From assembly GCF_009834535.1 (NCBI RefSeq), contig NC_045696.1, positions 9,984,001 to 10,048,000 of the forward strand: a DNA stretch of 64,000 bases, given 5' to 3'. Within the stretch, counting starts at the first letter, position 1; each line of letters opens with the position of its first letter. Position numbers and translations under genes: made by a program. Below are positions 51,839 through 64,000 of the stretch, one piece after another. Source of the DNA: Camelus ferus. Its lineage: Eukaryota. Under the pieces are notes generated by a model. That model was not told where the DNA came from, searched no databases, and saw only the letters and a list, made by a program, of their open reading frames with translations.

Positions 51839-53816
51839 TCTAGTCCCCAGAAGGCCCCAACTACATATTTTATCTGGCAGATGAAAAGATCAGCCAAACT
51901 AACCAATCAGATCGAAGGGGCAGAGCACTAGGACCCTATGATGGGAGAGGGGCGGTGCCCGTGTCCTTTGTGATTGACAGCTGCCCGCTGTACACCTGAT
52001 CTCCTTACAGATCCGAATGACCCTGCACGCTAGACAAGGCAGGTGCCATGACGGCCATTTTACAGGTTCTAAAACAAAGGGCTAGAGAGTTATCTGCCCA
52101 AGGTAACTGCCCAAAACAAGTTAGAAGGCACTGGAGCCCGGATAGAAACTTGAGACGTCTGCCACCTTCTTTCCATTGGGGATAGTGGGGGGAGCAGAAC
52201 AGGGCGGAACCCCTAGCGGGACCCTGGGCATCAGCCACAGAGCAGCCCGGGGCTCCGATCACTTTCTTTGTTACTTTAGACAAGTCACTCAACTTCTCTG
52301 AGCCTTGTTTCCGCAGCTGCAAATGCGCTCTCAATTCCTACTTCCAGGGCCGTGGATTACATCAGAGCTAATGGGAGGAAGGGGCACGCAGGCCTGGCCC
52401 CGACAGAGCTCAAGAAAGGGGCTTCTGCTTCCCGGACAGGAGCAGCAGGGAGGGTTAAGAGTGCGAAGACAACGGAAAGGTACAGGGAGCCAGCAGCGCA
52501 GTTTACCTCCGGCCAGTCCTCACAGCGCGGGGCTGGGCGGGGCGCTCAGGGACATCAGACATCTCCCGCCTCCCCACGCCCCACGTAGACGCCCAAGGAG
52601 AGCAGTTTTTACTTGCAGGGATATTTTGAACAGAAAAGCTTTGCGTTTGTTTTAAAACAAGTTTCTCCAACACTTTAGGTTTAGTACTTGTAGGTTCAGG
52701 CTTAACTAACCCAATAGCCCCCAGGACAAGACAGCCTCTCTCCACGGCAAGAGTGGGGTGATCGCTTCACCCCAGGGTGAATAACAGAAATACCTTCTCT
52801 ACACACCCTCACTGGGGTCATCTTTGAGTACTTGCCTTCTAGAACACACAGAGAGAAGACATTATATTTTTTCTTCTCATCCATTGCTCTGAACCTCTCT
52901 CTCCATCCCTTCCTCCACTCCCAAACACACTCCGGAAAGTGAGGACCTGAAATTGCTTTATAAAAACGCAGGGACCACATTTAGGAAATAGCTGCTTCCC
53001 AGTTACATGGACCCAGAGATGAGGGATGGACGCAAGTTCACTGGGCCTGAGCTTCCCCAGCTCCCAGTATCACCATGGACTTCATCTCTAGCAAGAGATG
53101 TGATACTGAGGGCCTGCTGGACATGGAATTGAAGGGGTTTTATTTTGGGGTTTTTTTTTTGTTTGTTTGTTTGCTCTTTTGTTTTTAAGAACTGGAAAGG
53201 CCTTTGTGAGGATGTAGTCCAATCCCTTCATTTTACAGGTGGGGAAACAGGATGGGCAGTGAATTGGGCCCCAAACCCAGGTCTCTTGACTCCTGGCCCA
53301 TCAGCTGCCTCAGAAAACTTTAAAAGGCATAAAATATCTACTGCTCCAGGCCAGCTTCTCAGGGGAGGATCCTGAGAACTGCCACTGACCGTGGGTGTGA
53401 ACAGCTCCACTGTTTTCAGTCTTCAGGAGTCAAGAAAGTCTCAGTAATCCCCCAGTGGAACCTGAGTCTGAGGGAAGGCGCTGGGGGCTGAGGAGGGGGC
53501 TGTCCCCACCCCGGTTGGAGCTGGCCAGCGATCCAGAGCCAGGATCTGCCTAGCTCTGTTCATTCTAGAACCACAGTAAAAGCATGAACTGGGATGCTGA
53601 GCAATTTATTCTCCTCGGTGAAAAATTTGGGGTGCATTTCCAAGAAAGAAAGCATCAGGGTGAAAAAGAGTGATGGTGCTCGTAAGTGGAAATGAGGGAG
53701 AACGGCAGGAAGGAACACAGGGCGCATGCAGAGAGGGGCACACGGAGGACCACGCAGGAGCTAGTGTGTAAGGGCGGCGGGCAGGCGAGGCGGGGGATTA
53801 GCAAGGAGAGGCTTAC

Positions 53817-53923
53817 TTCAGTAGTTTGATATTACACATAATCAGCTCCTTCCAGTTAACAAAAATCATAGCACCCTCTTTTTCTGTCAGCAGCTCAGAC
53901 TCCATCAGGGGTTTCTGAAAGAT
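53817..53923 (-). CDS. ITSN1: ITSN1 DH exon ([35 protein letters not shown] + 2 nt)
   Basis: TAG acceptor, GTAAGC donor, 107 nt. Confidence 0.95.
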
Positions 53924-55723
53924 CTACAGATGCAGAAAACGAAGCAGTTCAGAAAGCAAACAGTTAGCTTGAAACTCAAACACACGCACACACTGATCTG
54001 TTCAGAGCGATGGGAGGGACCAAGGCATCTGCAGCTTTGCTGGGAGGCCCAGGAGCTGCAGTTTTGAAGCAGGTGGTCCCCCCTCTGCCTGGGGACGTTG
54101 TTGGGGGGGTTCCATCAGGTCCACACTGTTTCACCAGGAGTCCCACTAAATTCTGGAGGACAGACCTCAACTCCACCAGGATTCAGCGGTGGAACTGGAC
54201 AAAAGCACTCAGGCTCTCACCTGCCACAGTGAGGAAAGGGGCACAGTGGAGAAATGGGGGGCTGAGAGAGGTACGAGGTGGGGGTGGCTCCCGCATCCCT
54301 GCCCCCAGCTGCACAGACAAGTCTTGGGAATTCCAGGGGAGCAGCCCAGGCACCTGGGCCTCCAACTAGCAGCCTTGGGGCAACAGACTCCACTGCTCTG
54401 CCCTGAGCCTGGGCTGGGCCTGGGACAGAGCCAGCACGAGCACGCCCAGTTCAGGGGTGGGCGTGGCTCCTCTCCTGGACTCCAGGAAATAAAGGAGCCC
54501 CCCTGATCTCTGGGTGGTGGAACAACTCGCAGTAAATCACAGATCTCAGCTGAGCCCCACATGGTGAGCCCCTGCCTAGAAAGAGGCCGCATCTGCCATT
54601 GGAGGCCAGGCGTTCTTTGGAAGGTTCCTTAGGGATGGGGACAGCCTGTCTTTAAAATAAACTGGCTGGACCGAGGCCGATCCCTGGGAGCCCTCGTCTC
54701 ATGAGTCCGTAGCTGATGTTGATCCTGGCACACACCTGGCCACTGCACAAGGTGCCACATCGAAGGGGGTGACACTCATATCCTAGACACCCGAGACTGT
54801 ATCTTTAGTGACAGTCATGTGTCTTGAGAAAGGGGCACTGTTTTGCACCAATGCTTCCTAAGTGTTAATGGTGGCCTTGGGGGCTGTCAGCCCACCCTGC
54901 CTCCTGTACTCATGCAACACTGGGTCCCCGAGCCATGTCTCTCCCGGTTGTGAAGACAATCAGAGGAGGTGGTTTCACACCTGCTGTGGGTGGGAGGGGT
55001 CCCAAACTTATCACAGTACTTTGTAAACTGTTGGGTGACTCTGACGTCCAGCTCTGCAACCCCCGGTTTCCTAATATGACAGCCTCCCATATGTGTGGAC
55101 CAAATGCTTCCTGAAAAGCAAGGGTTCCCAACTCTGCATCTCCCCATCCTCTGGACCAGGTGCCCAAGGCCCTTCAACAGCTCCCTGGAAGGAGAGACAA
55201 AACGAGGCATCATCTAGGACGGAGGGCACACAGGACCCCAGGAGGAAACATCTTCATTCTCTGCAATAGATTTTTCTGGAGGGAGGGGGTGATACGTAGC
55301 ACGAGGAATAATCAAGATATCAGCCAGGGGGCTGCCATTTTCAGATGCTGCCGCCCCTGAGGACCAGGGAGGTGATGGCACTTCCTCTGCAGCATCAACT
55401 AGTTGGTGGCCGAGCAGCAAGTTCTCTGAGTGGAGCCCGACTCCCACTGCACAGCCCGCATGTCTGTTTCTGTGCACCCCTCATGGGATCATCTGTCCTT
55501 CGTCTGCAGAGATCCCTGGACACAGAGTTGGCCACGGATGAGAATATCACCATCTTCTCTTGGGTAAGACTCTCCTATGTGATTTACCGTCTAGATGGTC
55601 CCATGCATCAGAAAGCTTCTCACACTGGGAATCCAGACACAGGCCTCCTTGACAGCCTCCCCCACCCCACCCTCTGCCAGGGCCCTGTCCCCACTCAACC
55701 TGGGCACCCGCAGTGGCCCTCAC

Positions 55724-55845
55724 CTCTGTGACCAGCTGCAGGTCATTCACGTAGTTCTCCTCCGTGACAATGAGCTCGTGGATGTATCCCTGTCGCTTCC
55801 TCTCAGTTGGGGTCAACATATCCAGGAGATGTAAGTCTGAACACC
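55724..55845 (-). CDS. ITSN1: ITSN1 first long-isoform exon ((W)[40 protein letters not shown]), start of DH domain
   Basis: CAG acceptor, GTGAGG donor, 122 nt; matches the intersectin-1L DH N-terminus. Upstream exons lie beyond the right edge of the window. Confidence 0.95.
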
Positions 55846-55968
55846 CTGCAAAACACAACCATTAGGACAGTTTAGTCCAGGTCTGGGGAAGCCCTGTCCA
55901 GCTTCACAGGGAAGACCCCCAGGGTCCTCACGGCTGCCGGGCCCTGTGGTCTCACTCTAGTCAGACAG

Positions 55969-56417
55969 TGTTGTGGGTTGAATGCTGTCCCTTAAAAAGA
56001 CATGTCCAAGTCCTACCCTAGGTACCTGCGAAGGTGACCTTACTTGGAAATAAAGGTCTTTGCAGATGCAATCAAATTAAGATGAAGTCATAGTCAATTA
56101 GGGTGGGCCCTAGTCCAATATGACTGGTGTCCTTTTATAAGAAGATGACAGAGAAAGACAGAAGGAATGCCGTGTGACGACAGAGGCAGAGATTAGAGTG
56201 ACGCATCTGTGAGCCAAGGAACGCCAGGGATTGCCAGCAGCATCAGGAGCTACAGGCGTGGAGCAAATTCCCCCCGGAAGCCTTCAGAGGAACGTGACCT
56301 TGACAAAACCTGGATTTTGGATGTCTTCCCACTAGAACTATGAGCAAATATATGTCTGCTGTTTTAAGCCACCCGGTTTGTGGTCTTTTGTTACAGCAGC
56401 CCCAGGAAACTAATACA
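55969..56417 (+). mobile_element. MaLR solo LTR (MLT1C-like)
   Basis: TG...CA termini, gtgaccttacttggaaataaaggtctttgcagatg, ttttaagccacccggtttgtgg...gcagccccaggaaactaataca; 5-nt TSD gacag/aacag. Confidence 0.85.
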
Positions 56418-56479
56418 AACAGAACACTCCAGCTTCATCAAAACCACTGAAATAGTGTTAAGAGAGAAGACTTAGTAAC

Positions 56480-56700
56480 AATTGGCCAACATTTCCTGAG
56501 GGTTCACACCATGACAGGTGCAGTACCAGGAGTGGTACACGGACAGCTGTGTTTAATGCTCACATGGATACTACAATTTTCTCCATGTTACAGACGGGAA
56601 ACTGAGGCTTAGAGGGGTTGCCTCACCCAGGGTCTCTCAGCTGGGTGGTAGTGAAGTCGAGATGAAACCCCGACACTTTGACCCCAGAAACTAGGCTCTA
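56480..56700 (-). mobile_element. MIR SINE
   Basis: catgttacagacgggaaactgaggcttagagggg core. Confidence 0.7.
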
Positions 56701-57370
56701 CCCCAGATCACTACTGTGGGTCCGAGCTACAGGAGGCCATACAGTTACCCTGAGGTTGGTTTTTGGAGGATGAAGTGGTTATCCTGATGGGCCGGGGGCC
56801 AGGGCAGATGTGGGGCACATCCGGACAGTGATGGGCAAATTCTCTTGGACCAGGTGCTGCCCTGCACCCAGACGCTAACTCAAAAACCTGCAGGTGGGCA
56901 GGAAACCCCTCCAGGCGCAGACAGCCAGTCACCACTGCAGCCACAGGTACCCAGGGAGTGGGCTCTGCTGACTGAAATGGTGCACGCACAGGAGGTGGTA
57001 CCTGCGCTGGCCTCTGCTCCCTTAGCTGGATATTTGGGATTTGCTTGCCTCAAATGTTTTCAGGTTATAGGCAGAGGCTGCCCCCTGACACAGGCACACT
57101 GGAATGAGGGATGGGGAAGCTTGGCTCTAGGCAGCACCTCTCATGCAGGCCTGGACCCACCTCTTCCAGACAGTGGGCCCTCCATCCCCGTCCATTCTAT
57201 CAGGGGTTCTTTGTTTAATCACCAAAACCAGATGTGTAAAGTAGACTGGGAGGTGTCTTGGATGTAGGTGGGGGTGAGAGCTCTGAGTCCCATTCATTTG
57301 CTTTTCTCATCCCTTCTTCTCCCCACAAGGGGGCGCCATAGAGCACAGAGCAAAACCACCTACTGGAAAC

Positions 57371-57530
57371 CAGTGGTTCTTAGACTGGGGTCTCCAGACT
57401 GGGAGCTTATTAGAAATGCAGATTCTCAGCCCCTGATGAATAGACTGTGTGAAGTCAGGGCCTGGAATGTGGTTTAACAAGCTCTCCAGGTGACTTTTTA
57501 GGGATACTAAAGTTTGAGACGCCTGTTCTG
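57371..57530. mobile_element. MER5A-like hAT relic
   Basis: cagtggttct...ctgggagcttattagaaatgcagattctcagccc...tttaacaagctctccaggtga...ctaaagtttgaga. Confidence 0.75.
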
Positions 57531-60500
57531 AACTCTCAGGGGTTCCTCAGAGTTTCCATCTTCCCCCGAGAGAGTTTCTAGGCTCATGACTGATCTAGTC
57601 TAGACGCTGGAAGCTTCTGCAAATAGAATGATCCCTCTGAGTGAATGATATCACAGGCTTCTTGGTAAATGCTTCACTGCGCCAGAGATTAACTCCAAGC
57701 TGGGGTGCTTTAAGCCTCCAGTTTTGTCCCCTCCCCTGGCTAAATGCCCTTTCTAGAATGCTGTAGCTTCTCTTCCTGGGACAGGACAGTCCCAGGATGG
57801 GCAGATGGATGCTGGGGAAGCATCAAGGATGTGCCATCATTATGTTAACACCCTCCACACCCATCCATCTGAGACCTCACTCAAAGCCACTGCAGTGCAG
57901 CCAAACTGTAATTCCTCAGGGCTATGAATCTTCACGCAGGTCTGCAGACATTTCTGGAAACTGGGTCTTTGGCTCAGTCACCAGCTTGGCCCAGCTGTCC
58001 ATCCTGTCTCAGTGCGTTGATTGTGTTTTATTAAAACAGTTGCGTTGACAGTGAATTCCAAGGAAGGAAGCAAGTCATGATTGCTCACTGGTTGGGCTGA
58101 CCCAGCCTCTGCTGAGCTGCTGCGTGAGCCCGGGTTGACGGGAAGCTGAGTGATGTTCCCAGTTTCTTTGTCTTTCATTGGAAAGCCACCCAGGAAACAC
58201 TCTCGAGTTCGGGCAGAAAAAGCCTGCCCTATTCTTGCCAAAGTTTCCTGTTAGTGAGTCCAAAGGCCCAGGACTAAGGCCATTTCTTGTTAAAGGGTAG
58301 AATATACATTGCATTAGAGATTTGTATGAACTCAGGGAAGTCTCCCCTGGAATTTTCAGGACATTCCTTTCTGCAGGGATATCAGAATATTGGTACAGAG
58401 AAGCAGTTCTAAAACTCACCTCACAAATACTGTGCAGTGACATTTGCAGGGACACAAACATCAGGCTAGTAGTGGACACTGGTTGGATCAGTCTTCCGAA
58501 CATCCCCATAGGTCACAATTTCCCTTGGAGAATCTGGTGGATGCTACAAACTCTTGCCCCAGAAAACATATGTGTACAATGCACACAATATACACACTCA
58601 TTTTGCACACAATTTTATAGGGTTCACAGGCCCTCTTGAAGCTTGTTCATAGACCTCATTCATTCATTCATGTGACAAATATTTACTGATGTCCTACCAC
58701 AAGTCTGGCACTAACTGTGCTGTGCGCTGCAGATTCATGGTGGAAGAAGAGAAGTGCCAGCCCCCTAGAGCATACAGCTAAGAACCCTGGAGTCCTCCGC
58801 TGGGGGCAGTATCGCGTCCCCCTCCCCACCTTCACCGCCACAGGCTGAAGATGGTACTGCGCCCCACCAGGTTGAGGCTTGCACTGCACCCACCCCCGCC
58901 ATATCCACGCTGAGAATGACTTCTTGGCTGTCGTAATGACTGGAGGTGGCTGCTGGAATTTGGTGGGCTGAGCCAGGACTCTAGATGACCTGCAATACAC
59001 AGGACCGAGAGAGGCCCACCTCAAATGCCAATAGCACCCCACTGAGAAACGGGGACATTCCTAGAAGTGGACAACTCTGCAACAAGGATGGTGCACATGA
59101 TCAGAGACACATAAAGTGACTAAGGAACCGGACACAAGGACCTGTGAGGAAAGATGACAGGAGCTGGCTTGTTTGGGACTTTAAAAGTTCATTCTTCTGA
59201 GTCTTCAAGATTTACACACTGTGGTTTTGAAGAAGCTCAGAGCCAGAGCAACTGCAGAAGGTCCAGGATGGATGTGGGCCATTGGTCCAACAATTCCAGG
59301 TGCCAGGGCCAGTTCAGGGTGAACTGGAAGTCTCCTGCTCGTGGGGGTTGGGGATTACGAGGAGGTTTGGGCAGCACCAGCTTTTGTTCAGTCGACCCAG
59401 CAGGCTGAGAAGTTTGGGAGGCAGTGCTGTGTGAGTCTGGGCTACTTGCCCCAATAAATTCCATCCTAAGTTGGCCCCCCTAAAAGCCTGCCTGGAGGCA
59501 GAGGGGTGGTCCAGGTGGCCTCTCCAGCACCCAGGACATAATGAAAAACAAAGATTTTGTGGGGGAGATTCGTCTCAGGATTATATGCCAATGATGTTGG
59601 CTTGGAATCATCTTTTTAGCTACTGAACTGACCCCATAGGATGCCGTTTTAAAAATTCTTGCTGGTGAATGCCAGACCAAGTGAACTATTAAAGACTTGA
59701 AACCAGCGCTTTGAACTCAAAAATATCCTTCCTTTGAAAATGTAATACTTAGAAAAACAAGAGAGTTTTAAAACTCCATTATTCAGAGCAGGGTAAATGG
59801 AAAAGACATTTCAAATAAGAGAGCTTTCTTTAGGGGTGGAGGGACGTGGTCTTTCTCTCCTTTGGGAACCAGAATAAACACAGTTTGTTGGCTTCCTTTC
59901 CCAGTGAAAAATGAGAGGGTAAAACACGGCAAATAAATTTCATGGACATCTCGGTGGGATGGAGGGGTTCTTATAACTAACTATAATCCACTCGCAGCTG
60001 AAATAATATTGCAAATGACTTCAGGCAGTTAAAAATGATCCCCAATTACAACCCACATAAAATTCCTAATCTATGTGCTGTCTCTTACAATTTTGTATAG
60101 TTAGACACATTTACAGAACAGAGAGAGCCACGGTGTCCCTCTGCAAGGATCTGAGTCTGGGCCACTGGAGAAAAGCAGGGGAAAATCTTACCCCAAAAGA
60201 CCAGTCTTGTCTCCTCAGTGGGACACTCTACATATGAACAGCATAATCTAAATAAATTGCTTTATTACAAAAATCATGCGTGAACACATGCTTTCTATAA
60301 ACAGTTCAAAAGATGCAGAATATTTAGAGTAAAAAGCAAGTGTTGCCCCTCTCCATACACCCAATCATTCCACTTCCTTTCCCAACAGGGACCATCATTT
60401 TTAAAACCAAACCAGGCCCCACAGCAAGCTGGCCACAGAGCAAAGCAAATAAACAGGACTCATTCCTGCTATGAAAGGGCCAAAATATACTGTAAGATGG

Positions 60501-62313
60501 TCAATAAATATGCATTAACTTTCCCTGAAGTCCAAGAGACACAGAAATAAGCAAGATAATGTCCTTGTCCTCAGGAAACTCACGGCGGTGGGGGAGACTC
60601 GACATGAAAATTAAATTCACAATAGCAAGCAATAAAGAACAGGCCTGCGGGCTGTGTGTGCCCATGGTGGAGGCTGCAGGAACTCAGAGGAGTTGATGCT
60701 CTCCATCCTGATGGAGGAAGCTTCTACGAGGACCTGGTCCTCCCTGCGCTGGGTTTCTACGTGGCCAGGGAGGATGGGGCCATTAGATTGGGGGTGTGGG
60801 GCCAGCATGCCAGGTGAATGCAGAGATGCTGTGGAAGATAAGGTGGGAAGCCGATTACAGGGGTTGTGATGCTGGAGGGATGGGAAAGGGCAATACAGAA
60901 GCTTGGGTGATGGTTTTCCATCTTTGAGGGAAAGGATCTACCGATGTCTCTGGGGACATTCAGCCCAAATCTTCCGGCTGAGTGGCCCTGGTCAGCAGGA
61001 TACACATTAATGGGGCCTGTGGAGCTCTCATCCACACAGGAGGCTACTCCAAGTTCGGCCTGAATGTGGGAAACCATCCTTGCCGATTTGCAGTCACCTC
61101 GTAAAGGGCACCAGGCACCTTGTCATCAGTCTCCGAGACCTCAGAGTTGCAAATCCCTAAGACTGGATTGTTAGGGGGTGGTTAGAGAAGCCAGGTGGGC
61201 GCGGAGGCCTGTGGTGAGAGGTGGGGGACGTTCCACCTGATGGCACCAAAGACCCCCTGTGCGCTGCCTGGTGAGCCTGGCACCCTCTCCAGCCTGTCCT
61301 GGGACTCACCAGGGACTTCCACTCAGCTGCACTCAGTCATAACCCTGAAGCTGCAAACTGCCAGTGTGGTTTCCAGATATGCTTACATTTCTCCCAAGAA
61401 GGGGAACCCAGCCTACCTGGGCCACTAGGCAGTTTAATGACTGTTGAGATGTGGCAAAAATCAAATTATTCTCAGGAATAAGTCATCTCTTCATTTTGCA
61501 TAAATAAGAATGTTCGTGAAACTAACATTGTAAACCAACTACACTTCAATAAAATTTTTTTTTAAAAAGAATGTTAGTAATTTTTTTAAATCAAAAACAT
61601 ATCAACCCTGGCTTTATAAGCGATGCTGGAATTCCTGGCGCTGTGTCCGATGCCCTATGGTATGCATTTGTTAGCTCCTTCCCGGCCCCGTTTATGTCTC
61701 TATCCTTATTTTTCTTTCTTTCTGAGTTCCTGCTTTCAATGTGCGCTATCCCACAGTATTTTTAGGGTTGTTAGTGGCAACTGTAAATAAATTCTTTGGG
61801 AACACAGGGTATTGGGTGTTAGAAGTCCAAACACATTTTTATTGCAATATGAGGGAGGAGGCAGTAGTTCTGACTAGATGGATCTGGGAATATTTTCCAG
61901 AGGAGGACGAATTTGAGTTGGACTTCATCAGGCAAATGTCAGGGTGGGGAGGAGGGAGGGATCCAAGCAGGGAGCAGTCAGAGAAAAGGGGGGTAAGGAC
62001 AGAGTGGCGGAGCCAGGAGGCAGGTGAGGAAGAGAGAGAAGCAGATGCTGGGGCCCAGGGAGGAAGGCAAGTTGACACTGAATGCTTCTTCGAGCCACAA
62101 AGTTCCAAGCACCATAGTTCATGGACTCGTGGCATCCTCACCAATAATCCTACGTGGTAGCTTCTGCTGTTCATCTCATTGAACCAACAGGGAAACTGAG
62201 GCACAGAGAAGTTAAGTAACATGCCAAAGCCTCAGTTAATGAGGCGCAGAGGGAATCCGACCCCGGAGTTCTCATTCTTGACCACGGTGCCTCTCGCCTG
62301 GCTCGAAGGGAGG

Positions 62314-62712
62314 TGCATCAGTCAGCCGGGCTGCTGTAACAAAGTCCCACAGCCTAGGCGGCTTGGACCACAGAAGCTTATTGTCTCACAGGTCTGGAGG
62401 CTGGAAGTCCAAGATCAATGTGTCAGCAGGTCTGGCTTCTTGTGAAGCCTCTCTGCTTGGCCGGCCGTCTTCGCCCTGGGTCCTCCCACGGCCTTTCCCC
62501 CGCGTGTGCTCATCCCCAGGGATGCTTTGTGCCCACTCCTCCTCTTCTCATTCAGGACACCAGTCAGATCAGATGGGGCCCACCCTGATGGCCTCATCTT
62601 AACAACTTCTTTAAAGGCCCCATCTCCAAATACAGTCATAGTCTGAGGTCTGAGGAATAAGGGTAAGGGCTTCAACACATGAGTTTTGGGGACTTACACT
62701 CAGCCCCTAACA
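62314..62712 (-). mobile_element. MaLR solo LTR (MLT1A/B-like)
   Basis: tctggaggctggaagtccaagatca, aggccccatctccaaatacagtca, TG...CA ends, TSD ggagg/ggtgg. Confidence 0.85.
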
Positions 62713-62859
62713 GGTGGGGAAGCGCAGTCAAGGAGGTTCTGAGCAATGCAGCGAGGCCTCTGGATTGTCATCTTCGGCTGCAGAGGAAGGGAAGGTCTGG
62801 CTGTATTTCAGGAGGATCACCGTGGCAGCCGTGCGGAGGATGGAGGAGGGCCGCGGCCG

Positions 62860-63020
62860 TCGAGTTTGGCTGAACATCAGAATCACCTAAGGAGCTTTTA
62901 AAAAGCCCAGTGTCCTTGCTGTAACCCAGACGAATCGGATCCGACCGGCTGGGGTGCACCCCAGGTGCCTGTAATTTGCAAAGCTTCCAGGTGGTTCTGA
63001 CGCAGAGCCGAGTGAGGGCC
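62860..63020. mobile_element. MER5A-like hAT relic
   Basis: ggctgaacatcagaatcacctaaggagctttt...aagcttccaggtggttctgacgcag. Confidence 0.65.
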
Positions 63021-64000
63021 ATGCCATGAGAGGGAAGCTTGCCTGGAAATCAAGGCACTTGGTGTGAAAAGGGAGCAATTTAGAAACTGGATCTGTCCAG
63101 GCACGTGCAGGATGACAGTGGCCACAGCTGCTGAACCAAATCCAGCCCAAGGCGGGTCACTCAAGCAACTTGTCCAAGGGGTGTGATGGCCTGTAACCAC
63201 AGAATGCCGTCCTCCAAGGCCAGCCACACCCCAGGGCCCAGAGGACCTCCGATGCTCTCTTCCTGGAGGCCCCACTGCCACCACCTGACCCCCAACTCTA
63301 GGGCTGGAGCTTGAGAGGTCACTCTGTCCAGTGACCTCATTTTACAGATGGGACAGTGGAGTCCAGAGACATATGATGACTTCTTTGATTAGGAATAAAA
63401 CCTTTGCTCTCGCTGTCTTGGGAAGTGAAGACACACAAGGAAACCATGAGCTTTTTAAAGGGTGGGCCTGAGCGTGGTCCTCATCCATGGCTCTCCCAGT
63501 CCATTCCTGGATGACCTGGTTGGGAGGACACTCCTGTTCTTGGAGCCGGAGGCTGGCAGGGGCGGGCAGCAGCCAGACTGGGTCAAGGCAGCTGGGTCTC
63601 CTCTGAAAATGACCTTGGCTGACCAGTCCCGGGGCAGCCCCAGCCCATGGGAGACTCTGGTCACCAAACCAGCTCTGGGCGGTCCACAAGGGCGGGTGTA
63701 CTTCTCATCCCAAGGGAATTATCTTCACAGGCGTCTAAGGACAGCCTGCAGTCTCTCCTAACTTGGCAAACTGACCCCGCTGGAACACAAGAGACCACCT
63801 GAGCCCCGGGGCATCTCCTGCTCACCCTCAGCAACCGCAGAGATGTGCTCAGGTCCCTGCTTTCATGGAGCTTCCATTCTAGTGGAGGGGAGACAGAAAA
63901 CCAAATACAAGATAAATACGTGGTATTCAGGGCGGCATACGAATGATGAGTAACAGGGCTTATGGTTGATAAGCTCATTTCCTGTTCTAGGGTCTTCCCA

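Noticed and set aside
51505..51906. K/E/R-rich and F/L/S-rich ORFs
   Set aside because: They are translations of the GAAA/GGAA microsatellite.
1..64000. CRISPR arrays, operons or other prokaryote-type novel systems
   Set aside because: The sequence is intron-rich mammalian DNA with no repeat-spacer arrays and no unexplained long ORFs.

Overview
Mammalian genomic DNA, most likely camelid (four camelid-type tRNA-derived SINEs and a young L1 3' end). It contains two convergent genes. ATP5PO (OSCP subunit of mitochondrial ATP synthase) is complete on the + strand: 7 coding exons at 10604-18989, with a CpG-island promoter and a polyA signal at 19035. The 3' part of ITSN1 (intersectin-1) is on the - strand: 11 long-isoform exons encoding DH-PH-C2 at 55845-33343, followed by a probable ~10 kb 3' UTR. 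The rest is intron or intergenic DNA with ordinary repeats (MIR, L1, MLT1, MER2/5/45, microsatellites). The main anomaly is that both genes carry a +1 frameshift of identical form: a 'CT' where a single C or T wobble base precedes G (ATP5PO exon 5, ITSN1 PH exon). This most likely reflects heterozygous CpG/TpG sites written as both alleles in the consensus. I found no support for a novel biological system. Gene and repeat names rest on recalled orthologue and consensus sequences, not on searches, and repeat boundaries are approximate.
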